Source: a virus
Length of the DNA: 64,000 nt
Reading direction: 5' to 3' (one strand)
IMG/VR virus record: IMGVR_UViG_3300031758_000036
Coordinates: 21,757-85,756 of that record
Position numbers and translations under genes: made by a program. Under the pieces are notes generated by a model that saw only the letters and a list, made by a program, of their open reading frames with translations, was not told the DNA's origin and ran no database searches. Shown here one piece after another: positions 19,853 through 27,972 of the stretch; within the stretch, counting starts at the first letter, position 1; each line of letters begins with the position of its first letter.

Positions 19853-22193
19853 TCCTGTTATTAATACAGTAATACAGCAGGTATCTTTCACCGCTACGCC
19901 GATCGGCGATGCGCAGATTATTGAATTACAGGCTTCTCCTGATACGGAAGTTGTAACAGTTGGCGTAGTTGGACCCCAGGGACCTCCGGGAGTCACTGGA
20001 CCGGCTGGTGTGACGGGAGCATCGGGCCCAGTCGGGGCAACAGGCGCTGCGGGCCCTCAAGGGGATCCGGGTGGGGCTACTGGCGCTACTGGAATTACTG
20101 GAGCTACTGGAGCTACTGGGGCCGCTGGGCCTGGTGGAGAACAGGGAGCGACTGGTTCCTCCGGTCAGATGGGGGCCACGGGGCTGACTGGAGCAACTGG
20201 TGCAATTGGCATTACTGGAGCGACTGGAATAATTGGTCAAACCGGTGTCACTGGTGCTACAGGCGCCGGCGGGGCAACTGGCCCAATCGGGGCAACGGGG
20301 GCGGGAACTCCCGGAGCAGATGGGGCAACGGGAGCTATCGGCGTGACTGGCCCTACTGGACCGACTGGTTTAGCGGGTTCTCAGGGTGCAACTGGTTCTT
20401 CTGGTGTTAACGGCGCCACTGGCGCTACTGGCATTGGTACTACTGGCGCAACAGGGGCCAGTGGGATCGCCGGGGGTACCGGTTCGACTGGTGCAACTGG
20501 GATCATTGGCACAACGGGCGCAACAGGCGCAACTGGTGTTGGTGTTACTGGTGCAACCGGTGCCACAGGCGCGGCGGGTACGGCTGGAGCAGCCGGGGAG
20601 ACTGGTGCGACTGGGGTCGGAACAACTGGTGCCACTGGTGCAACAGGGGCGGCCGGTACCGCAGGAGAGACGGGGGCGACGGGTGTCGGAGTAACTGGTG
20701 CTACCGGTGCTACTGGGGGAACTGGTGCCACTGGTACCACAGGGGTCACAGGGGCAACTGGTGCCGATGGTGCTACGGGCGCTGGCTCCACAGGCGCGAC
20801 AGGCGCAATTGGAGCAACTGGCCCTGTTGGGGCAACTGGTGCTGGTGTTACTGGTGCTACTGGTGTACAGGGCTCAACGGGAGATATTGGCGCTACAGGA
20901 CTAACCGGAGCAACGGGTACTGCTGGGGTAACTGGTGCTACTGGTGTTGCAGGGATTGACGGTGCTACTGGTGCGATCGGAGCAACTGGTGTTACTGGCT
21001 CTGTTGGCGTCACAGGGGCGACTGGTGTTGGCGCGGCTGGACCCACCGGTGCTACTGGCGCGGTGGGCGAAGTGGGAGCCACCGGGGCCGGCGTAAGCGG
21101 AGCTACGGGTGCGACAGGTCCCGCTGGTCTGCCTGGTCCCAATGTTGCTGCTTATAAAAATGCAACTCAAGCCATTGGCACCACTGCTTCGCTGGTTGAA
21201 TTTCAAGCAGAAAGATACGATACCGATAGTGTTTTCCTGAATAGCAGATTTACGCCGAACACTTCGGGCTATTATTTGATAACGACAACGCTGCGATATA
21301 GCGCAACAACAGGACACGCGCTGCGTTTAATGTTGTACAAGAATGATGCTTTTCTGTACTACATTGGCGGGAGCGCTTACAGCTCTAGTAGTGCTAACTT
21401 AATTGCAATCGGCTCTGCCAGTATCTATTTAAACGGCGCGGGTGACTATATTGAGATATGGGCTGAAACATCTACGGGCACTGTTACGTTGTTGCATGCA
21501 ACGGCGGACCTTAGCAATCTTCAGATAACAGCAAACGCTGGCCCAGTTGGTTCCACTGGCGCCAGTGGTGCAAACGGATCACTGGGTGCAACTGGAGCAA
21601 CAGGCGCGGGAGTCACCGGTGCTACTGGTGCAAGTGGTGGGCCTGGAGCGACGGGAGTTGATGGTGCAACAGGTGCAACAGGTGCTGGAGTAACTGGAGC
21701 AACGGGTGTCGCTGGACCCACTGGAGTACAGGGCTCAACTGGCGCCACCGGTGCTGGTGCGACTGGTGCAACCGGTCCAATAGGCGCTACTGGCCCTGCT
21801 GGCGGTGGGGGATCTGCTGTTGCTCGCCTGCAAGAAACACAAACAGCGTCTTCACTTGCCAGTGGATCATCTGCTGATTTGTTATTTATTGCTTTAAATA
21901 AAATTGGCACGTTTGTTTCAGTAACAGTGTCAAACCCCGCATGGGTACGATTCTACTGCACTTCTTCCAGCAGGACAAGTGATGCTTCTAGATTAGTTGG
22001 AGTAGATCCCACTCCAGGATCTGGTGTATTACTGGAAGTGCTGACGACCAGTGTCGATCAGGTCGTCAATATTACCCCAGCAACTGAGTATTATAATGGT
22101 GACTCTCCACTTGATAGCAAAGTATATGTTGCAGTGAAAAACCTAGGGGGCGCTACTGCTAGTATTTCTGTTACAGTAACGGCTATCGCTTGA
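19845..22193 (+). CDS. Collagen-like fibre with internal C1q/TNF-like domain
   Basis: Long GAT/GVT repeats; [33 protein letters not shown]. Confidence 0.85.
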   Translation: MPNPVINTVIQQVSFTATPIGDAQIIELQASPDTEVVTVGVVGPQGPPGVTGPAGVTGASGPVGATGAAGPQGDPGGATGATGITGATGATGAAGPGGEQGATGSSGQMGATGLTGATGAIGITGATGIIGQTGVTGATGAGGATGPIGATGAGTPGADGATGAIGVTGPTGPTGLAGSQGATGSSGVNGATGATGIGTTGATGASGIAGGTGSTGATGIIGTTGATGATGVGVTGATGATGAAGTAGAAGETGATGVGTTGATGATGAAGTAGETGATGVGVTGATGATGGTGATGTTGVTGATGADGATGAGSTGATGAIGATGPVGATGAGVTGATGVQGSTGDIGATGLTGATGTAGVTGATGVAGIDGATGAIGATGVTGSVGVTGATGVGAAGPTGATGAVGEVGATGAGVSGATGATGPAGLPGPNVAAYKNATQAIGTTASLVEFQAERYDTDSVFLNSRFTPNTSGYYLITTTLRYSATTGHALRLMLYKNDAFLYYIGGSAYSSSSANLIAIGSASIYLNGAGDYIEIWAETSTGTVTLLHATADLSNLQITANAGPVGSTGASGANGSLGATGATGAGVTGATGASGGPGATGVDGATGATGAGVTGATGVAGPTGVQGSTGATGAGATGATGPIGATGPAGGGGSAVARLQETQTASSLASGSSADLLFIALNKIGTFVSVTVSNPAWVRFYCTSSSRTSDASRLVGVDPTPGSGVLLEVLTTSVDQVVNITPATEYYNGDSPLDSKVYVAVKNLGGATASISVTVTAIA

Positions 22194-22238
22194 TGGCTTT
22201 TCGTTTCCAGGAAAACTATTAACGACTTAGTCGACAAG

Positions 22239-23072
22239 ATGGCATACACTTTATATTATTCATACGGACCAGCCGTTGCCAGTATCAATAATCTTTGGGC
22301 TGTACAGGATTATCATTTTGGCACGTTTCTGCCTACGCGTGGCTGGGATGTGTATACGCAAACCGGGGTTCTGTACGGTCAAGTTGACGCAAATTATTAC
22401 TGGTATCACAAAGATTTTGCGACCCTTACGGGTGATACAATATCTGAACATACATTGTGGCAGTTCTCAAAAGGTTCTAACAATGATGGGCTTATGTTTG
22501 ACACTTCAAACAGCATACCCAATTATACCACTGGGCCTGTTCAAGCTAATTGGGATGGCAGGAAACAATTTTATGCTGATACCAACTGGACTGGAGCCAC
22601 CACCAGTGCTCAATGGTGGGTCAATACCGATGGTTCCTGGTTTGTTATAAGCAATGGAAAACTCTGGGCCTTCGAAATGCCACCGGGTGGTTATGTCAAC
22701 AGAGCAACCATGACGTTGGCCTCTACCTTGAGTGGTCCAACTAGGATGGTTTGGTTCCCAGATGGCGGTTATGCATATCTGACAACAACTACCGGTCAGC
22801 AATCTAGTATTGTGAGCGGTCTAGTCAAAACGGGTACGATTCTCACCAGGGCTAGTGATCTTGTCGCACTTGCCGATGCAACCGGTGGTCTTCTTTACTG
22901 GATTGGAAGTCCTGCTGATATATTACAAAAATGGCACAGCGGCACTAATCTTTTAATGAGTACCGCAGTTACTGTAACACAAATTGGCAGTAATTTTTAT
23001 TTTGATACTGGTGGATCAAGCGAATATGGCCTTCTGTTTAATGTAGGAACAACGGAACCTAGCATTCCTTGA
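22239..23072 (+). CDS. Hypothetical structural protein
   Basis: Aromatic/Thr-rich; late motif at 22210. Confidence 0.5.
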   Translation: MAYTLYYSYGPAVASINNLWAVQDYHFGTFLPTRGWDVYTQTGVLYGQVDANYYWYHKDFATLTGDTISEHTLWQFSKGSNNDGLMFDTSNSIPNYTTGPVQANWDGRKQFYADTNWTGATTSAQWWVNTDGSWFVISNGKLWAFEMPPGGYVNRATMTLASTLSGPTRMVWFPDGGYAYLTTTTGQQSSIVSGLVKTGTILTRASDLVALADATGGLLYWIGSPADILQKWHSGTNLLMSTAVTVTQIGSNFYFDTGGSSEYGLLFNVGTTEPSIP

Positions 23073-23073
23073 C

Positions 23074-23265
23074 ATGCCTAGTTTGACTATTCCCACCGGC
23101 AGCGTAGACACCAACCTCGGTGGCGATTTTGATCTCAGTATTAACTATAGACTTGAAATTACATACGCCTATCTTCCTATAATAGATGATATTGTTGGCG
23201 TATCCGGGAAGAAATTATCAACAAGGCCAGCTAGCGGTATGCTATATCCACGAAAAGTGGCTTAA
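23074..23265 (+). CDS. Small hypothetical protein
   Basis: C-terminal RPASGMLYPR motif; coupled to upstream gene. Confidence 0.5.
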   Translation: MPSLTIPTGSVDTNLGGDFDLSINYRLEITYAYLPIIDDIVGVSGKKLSTRPASGMLYPRKVA

Positions 23266-23286
23266 GTTATAGGAAGCATAGTTACA

Positions 23287-23317
23287 GAATCGCGCCACTA
23301 CTCTACGGGGCGGATTC
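23287..23317 (+). repeat. 31-nt leader hairpin, copy 1
   Basis: GAATCGCGCCACTACTCTACGGGGCGGATTC, identical to 23715-23745. Confidence 0.95.
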
Positions 23318-23336
23318 GTTCACCAGGAGAATTCTA

Positions 23337-23696
23337 ATGGCTCAACGTTCTGAAGGCGTATTCCCTAGGGAAAAGTTTGACCTTGATGATGCAATGGAAG
23401 TGCAGTGGGATAATACGACCACTTCGCCTGTTCCCCTTAATAGCGTGAACACCTGGAGGATCATTGTTCTGGGTGCTACGGGCCTCGGTACGGGTGGTGA
23501 GGGCGGCTACGTCCGCGTCAGCACTGGCGGCGAACTGACTGATTTCTACGCCGAGGATATTGATCCCAATGGTGTTGGCATTGCCCATTTCCGTGGTTCC
23601 AGCATCCAGGAAGGCCAAAACGGCACCTGGTTTGATTACTACAACGGTGCAAGTGCTGATGCTGTTTACCTGGATGCCGTCGACAACGTCGGCTAA
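23337..23696 (+). CDS. Putative abundant virion protein, paralogue A (head decoration?)
   Basis: Shares GVFPREKFDLDDAMEV, NGVGIAH and DAVDNVG with 23776; GGAG RBS. Confidence 0.6.
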   Translation: MAQRSEGVFPREKFDLDDAMEVQWDNTTTSPVPLNSVNTWRIIVLGATGLGTGGEGGYVRVSTGGELTDFYAEDIDPNGVGIAHFRGSSIQEGQNGTWFDYYNGASADAVYLDAVDNVG

Positions 23697-23714
23697 ATAG
23701 GTAATCTATTTCAG

Positions 23715-23745
23715 GAATCGCGCCACTACTCTACGGGGCGGATTC
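23715..23745 (+). repeat. 31-nt leader hairpin, copy 2
   Basis: Identical to 23287-23317. Confidence 0.95.
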
Positions 23746-23775
23746 TGTTAACCCTAGCCAATTTGGAGAATTACA

Positions 23776-24126
23776 ATGGCTGCTCGTTCTACTGGTGTAT
23801 TTCCTCGCGAGAAGTTTGACCTTGATGATGCAATGGAGGTCACCGCTACTGCCTCTGCTGCACCCATTAGCCTGAAGACCATCGGCACTATTCGCGTGGT
23901 TGTGCTTGGCGCTGGTGGTATTGACAACGCTGGCACCAACAAGATCACCGTCAATGTTGGCGGCAAATCTGTGGTGTTCAATGCAAACGATCTGGATGTC
24001 AATGGCGTGGGCATTGCCCACCTCCGTGGCACCCTTTGTGACGCCAACAACAACGTTGATTACGACCTGGGCGGCACTGCTACCCTGGACGCTTGCTACA
24101 TCGACGCGGTTGACAACGTCGGCTGA
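23776..24126 (+). CDS. Putative abundant virion protein, paralogue B (head decoration?)
   Basis: Paralogue of 23337; MCP-like codon bias; terminator follows. Confidence 0.6.
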   Translation: MAARSTGVFPREKFDLDDAMEVTATASAAPISLKTIGTIRVVVLGAGGIDNAGTNKITVNVGGKSVVFNANDLDVNGVGIAHLRGTLCDANNNVDYDLGGTATLDACYIDAVDNVG

Positions 24127-24147
24127 GTTAATCGCTTGGAATAATAA

Positions 24148-24172
24148 GGGGTGACTTCAGTCGCCCTTTTTT
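24148..24172 (+). terminator. Intrinsic terminator
   Basis: GGGGTGAC-TTCA-GTCGCCCT plus T tract. Confidence 0.85.
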
Positions 24173-24175
24173 ATT

Positions 24176-24529
24176 ATGTATATTCAGGACGCCCCGGTTT
24201 ATTTCACGAAAGGTGATAAGCGTAAACCCGTATACCATAGTGTCCTAGCACGTGAGCTGCTGGCTGCTGGTTGGCAGCAGGAGGGTGTAACTCCCGCACC
24301 GGAGCCCGTGGCTGTCGAACCTGTGGAGGCCGCCCCAGAAGCAGAACAGCCCTCGCAGTCAGAAGAGGAGACTGATCCCGAACCGGAACCCGAGGTGGCT
24401 GTTGTCGATTTGGACAGCATGACGAAGAATCAACTGGTTGCTTTTGCAGAAGCAAGCAACATTGAATTCAAGTCAACTGTGACAAAGTCTGAACTGCTTC
24501 AACTCTGCAAGGACTCTGTAAATGATTGA
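24176..24529 (+). CDS. Protein with C-terminal HeH/LEM (Rho-N-like) motif
   Basis: LDSMTKNQLVAFAEASNIEFKSTVTKSELL after an acidic Pro-rich linker. Confidence 0.65.
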   Translation: MYIQDAPVYFTKGDKRKPVYHSVLARELLAAGWQQEGVTPAPEPVAVEPVEAAPEAEQPSQSEEETDPEPEPEVAVVDLDSMTKNQLVAFAEASNIEFKSTVTKSELLQLCKDSVND

Positions 24530-24707
24530 ATTCACTTACAGTGAAGGCCCACGAATCCTGGAAGACGGCACAAATCTGGACAAAGATATTATTGCTGCTC
24601 ATCCGCGAATCCAACGTCGCAGCATTACTGATCCTGTCAGTGACGGCAGCCTGGGCCCTCCTGGGTACCAACCAGGACAGAAAAACCTTGATGGAACTGA
24701 CCTCTAG
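24522..24707 (+). CDS. Small hypothetical protein
   Basis: ATG overlaps upstream stop. Confidence 0.5.
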   Translation: MIEFTYSEGPRILEDGTNLDKDIIAAHPRIQRRSITDPVSDGSLGPPGYQPGQKNLDGTDL

Positions 24708-24749
24708 GTTAAGCAAAGTTCAGGAATCCTAGATAAACGAATTATCATC

Positions 24750-24845
24750 ATGGCGCTGCCGCTTATTATTGCGAAGCAAATGGGTGGCAAGAAACCCGCC
24801 AAGAAGGGTGGTAAGTCGAAACCAAAAGGATCCGGTAAACGCTGA
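24750..24845 (+). CDS. 31-aa lysine-rich peptide
   Basis: MALPLIIAKQMGGKKPAKKGGKSKPKGSGKR; late motif at 24723; TGATG coupling to next gene. Confidence 0.55.
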   Translation: MALPLIIAKQMGGKKPAKKGGKSKPKGSGKR

Positions 24846-25141
24846 TGGCAGCCAAGAAGCGCAGTACTGCTGAATTCTATGCCAACAATCCAGAGGCATA
24901 TAAAAAGAAATTAGCTTACGACAAGAAGCGTAATGCAAAGCCTGATCGCAAAGATTACCGCGCTGAGTTAGCACGTGAGCGCAGGGCCCGTGGCATCATG
25001 GGCAAAGGTGGCCCCGACGTAAGTCACACAGCAGACGGTAAATTTAAGCTAGAAAATCCTAAAGCTAATCGTGCCAGGAATGGGCATGGCGACAACAAGC
25101 GCCTTGCCCCCGGCAAAGGTACTAAAAAGTCAAAACGCTAA
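24845..25141 (+). CDS. Basic protein with degenerate HNH-like motif
   Basis: K/R-rich; DVSH..NRARN. Confidence 0.6.
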   Translation: MAAKKRSTAEFYANNPEAYKKKLAYDKKRNAKPDRKDYRAELARERRARGIMGKGGPDVSHTADGKFKLENPKANRARNGHGDNKRLAPGKGTKKSKR

Positions 25142-25148
25142 AATCATC

Positions 25149-25313
25149 ATGGCAAAACGTCCAGGATTGTACGAAAACATTCGTCGCAAACGTGAGCGAA
25201 TCGAAGATGGTAGCGAGGAGCGCATGCGTAAGCCTGGCGCCAAAGGTGCCCCAAGTGCTGCTGATTTCCGCAATGCCGCAAAGACAGCAAAAAAGAAGAA
25301 AAAAATAAACTGA
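25149..25313 (+). CDS. Small basic protein
   Basis: GLYENIRRKRERI..RMRKPGAKGAP..AAKTAKK, a recurrent aquatic-phage family. Confidence 0.65.
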   Translation: MAKRPGLYENIRRKRERIEDGSEERMRKPGAKGAPSAADFRNAAKTAKKKKKIN

Positions 25314-25374
25314 CATATTTGCTATTTGGAAACAGCAAATAACAGGCACACTATACCAGAGTTGTGCATGACAG

Positions 25375-25563
25375 ATGACTGCTATTGTCGCATACATTAT
25401 TGCAAATGGTCCCGAAATTCTCGGTGTGTTATTTGCCATTCACGCAGCAGCACTTGCTTTCGTCAACCTGACGCCTACGCCGAAAGATAACGAAGTTGTC
25501 GCAAAGTATTACCGGGTGCTTGAAATCCTGGCTGGTATCGTAACTAAATTCTCAAAGGACTGA
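25375..25563 (+). CDS. Putative holin
   Basis: Hydrophobic helix plus LTPTPKDN motif; upstream of endolysin. Confidence 0.65.
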   Translation: MTAIVAYIIANGPEILGVLFAIHAAALAFVNLTPTPKDNEVVAKYYRVLEILAGIVTKFSKD

Positions 25564-25586
25564 ATACATCGGATACACGTTTACTA

Positions 25587-25856
25587 TTGCGTTTTTCTAC
25601 GCGTAGCGAACGGGAAGAAGTTGAGCGTTTAATCGCAAGGGCTAAGTTTTATAGAACCCTGAGCCAACGGATGGCCTTGGAGATCGCCAGGGTTAAGGCT
25701 GAAATGGAGAAGGCTGATCCGCCAGCACAGCCAACGATAATTGATCATCCAATAGATGACACCTTACAGACGGGTGACTCCAGGCTTCTTGGTGGAGGCA
25801 TGAGTATACATGCTCCATATAGGAAAACTGAAAACATGGCTGATCCATGGAAATGA
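25587..25856 (+). CDS. Hypothetical protein in lysis cluster
   Basis: TTG-start ORF. Confidence 0.45.
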   Translation: MRFSTRSEREEVERLIARAKFYRTLSQRMALEIARVKAEMEKADPPAQPTIIDHPIDDTLQTGDSRLLGGGMSIHAPYRKTENMADPWK

Positions 25857-26143
25857 GCGTTCCGGACTCTTCTGTATCTCATGTAGAGATATATCACAAG
25901 CTTGGAACGCTTGAAGGTAAATTAGATGCGCTAATTACACGCACTACTGAATACAGGACTGATCTGCAGACTGCTTTTGACCGTTTAGCAGTAATTGAAA
26001 ATAGATTAGCGTGGGTAATGGGAGCCGCCGTTGTTATCAGTGCCCTTGTACCTATCATGATTAATGTTATCAGCAGTAGCTTCCACATGAAGATTGAACC
26101 GCATCAACAGGAAAGCAATATTGAATCAACTAGAAACATTTAA
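25847..26143 (+). CDS. Coiled-coil membrane protein of the lysis module
   Basis: LGTLEGKLDAL coiled-coil followed by one TM helix. Confidence 0.55.
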   Translation: MEMSVPDSSVSHVEIYHKLGTLEGKLDALITRTTEYRTDLQTAFDRLAVIENRLAWVMGAAVVISALVPIMINVISSSFHMKIEPHQQESNIESTRNI

Positions 26144-26162
26144 GGTACACTAACACGCACGA

Positions 26163-27299
26163 ATGTTGCGTATGTCTTATATCACATGGGGAGAAATTGC
26201 ACGCCTTGCTGGACAGGCTGGCGCGAAGTATCCCGAATTATGCGCGGCACAATGGGCTCTGGAAAGCGCTTGGGGTACGGCAGTTAGCGGTAAGAATAAT
26301 TTCTTCGGCATCAAAGGTAAGGGCACGCAAGTAAAAACAACTGAGTATGTCAACGGTATCGAAATGACCGTTGTTGACGAGTTTATGGATTTCAATAGTC
26401 CAGAAGATTGCGTTAAATATTTGATTGACAGATGGTATAAGGATTTCAAAGATTACAAAGGTGTGAACCATGCTACCAGCAGGAACGAAGCAGCAAAGAT
26501 GCTAGTAGCAGAGAACTATGCTACCGATCCAAATTATGCAAAAAAGTTAATTGACATCATGGATAAAAATAGTGTACTAAAAGATATTAAGGTGCAGCCA
26601 GATAAGGTAATCAGCCTCAGGGAGGCAGCGCGATGGTATGCAAACCTGGAGCATCAGAATAAAGCTCTAGACAACTTGCAGGCAACACTGACTCCAGAAC
26701 AGTTGCTTACTTTTGCGCAAGAGTTCAGGGCAGGAACTGTTCAAGCTAAACCCAAGTTCCCTTTGTCTGTGCCATACTTCTATCAACGTGACAGCAAAAC
26801 TGGTCACGGTGAAAGATCTTGCCAGTCATCTGCCCTGGCAATGGCTATCAAATATTTGAATCCAAAATTAATCACAGATGATGATGACTACTTAAACCTT
26901 GTGTTCAGGTATGGCGATACCGTTGCTCAGTCAGCTCATCAAAAAGCCCTTGATAATTTAGGGCTAAAACATAAATTTGCGATGAATGGTTCAGAGAAGG
27001 AGCTTATCCGTATTCTTGATTTAGGGTATCCCGTACCGATTGGAATTCTGCACAAGGGTTCAATTCAGAATCCTAGTGGTGGAGGTCACTGGATTACTGT
27101 AACTGGATATGATTCTGAGTTTTTCTATGTACATGATCCGTTCGGTGAGTTGGACTTGGTTAATGGTGGTTACCCGCTGGCTGGCCCGACTAATGGCAAA
27201 CAGCAAAAATACAGCCGTAAAAATTTATTAAAAAGATGGCTTATTAGTAACACTTCAGATGGATGGTACTGGGATCTGAGTGCCAATAGTAAGCAATGA
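26163..27299 (+). CDS. Two-domain endolysin: GH73 glucosaminidase plus C39-like peptidase
   Basis: AQWALESAWG, NNFFGIKG, YATDPNYA; SCQSSA, GGGHW..GYD..VHDPFG. Confidence 0.9.
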   Translation: MLRMSYITWGEIARLAGQAGAKYPELCAAQWALESAWGTAVSGKNNFFGIKGKGTQVKTTEYVNGIEMTVVDEFMDFNSPEDCVKYLIDRWYKDFKDYKGVNHATSRNEAAKMLVAENYATDPNYAKKLIDIMDKNSVLKDIKVQPDKVISLREAARWYANLEHQNKALDNLQATLTPEQLLTFAQEFRAGTVQAKPKFPLSVPYFYQRDSKTGHGERSCQSSALAMAIKYLNPKLITDDDDYLNLVFRYGDTVAQSAHQKALDNLGLKHKFAMNGSEKELIRILDLGYPVPIGILHKGSIQNPSGGGHWITVTGYDSEFFYVHDPFGELDLVNGGYPLAGPTNGKQQKYSRKNLLKRWLISNTSDGWYWDLSANSKQ

Positions 27300-27511
27300 A
27301 ACGTCAATCAATCCTGCCATTTTTACCTGGATACATGTTCGATGGGGATCGTCTAGTATCCACTGGTACAGCCCTGCCTCCGACACAGCACATTCACCCA
27401 GAGACGGGTGAGATACTATATTATGTCCGTCCCATCTTCAGGTATGGCGGATCATATGTTGGTATGTATATCAGGCACAAGGGAATCGTAGACTGGCTTA
27501 ATAATAATTAG
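27296..27511 (+). CDS. Hypothetical protein
   Basis: ATGA overlap with endolysin. Confidence 0.5.
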   Translation: MKRQSILPFLPGYMFDGDRLVSTGTALPPTQHIHPETGEILYYVRPIFRYGGSYVGMYIRHKGIVDWLNNN

Positions 27512-27972
27512 TCGTCGAGATCAATCGGCTCATCATCTTCCATCTCATCATCTGAATCCGCTGCCATATAGGACAGCCCAGGGATGCTTTCGACGATGGC
27601 CCTCATGTAGTCATGAATGCGGTCTTTGTCCCATTCGCATTCGTGATATAGTTTTGTGCTAAGCTCGTTCAATGCTAGAGAATGATTGGTGGTCCATGAT
27701 TTATTAAATAATGCATCTTCTTTTACCTTGGTGACACTCATCAGTATTTCCAATTCGTTATTAAGTGATTTCTGGTCTATTACCATCTCAGCGTGGCCAA
27801 CCCGGTCTCTATTCACCAGCCATAGCGACAATTTAAAAACGTTAGCTACAAATGTTACTAACGAATCAGCGATGTTTGTTTGAATGTCGATAAAAAATGT
27901 AAAGATTACCTGTAATCCAAATATCAGGTTTTCACCCATGTCAGCGATCAATTCAAACAGTATATTTTTCAT
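27508..27972 (-). CDS. Hypothetical protein, acidic tail
   Basis: Coupled to helicase stop. Confidence 0.55.
   Translation of the reverse strand: MKNILFELIADMGENLIFGLQVIFTFFIDIQTNIADSLVTFVANVFKLSLWLVNRDRVGHAEMVIDQKSLNNELEILMSVTKVKEDALFNKSWTTNHSLALNELSTKLYHECEWDKDRIHDYMRAIVESIPGLSYMAADSDDEMEDDEPIDLDD

Noticed and set aside
14490-21810. Collagen-coding repeats as CRISPR array or DGR template/variable repeats
   Set aside because: Degenerate 9-nt coding periodicity without spacers; no reverse transcriptase, cas gene or adenine-specific repeat pair in the window
14402-21910. Long minus-strand ORFs rich in PVAPVG (14402, 15590, 20381, 21521)
   Set aside because: Antisense shadows of the collagen codon repeats; no independent signals
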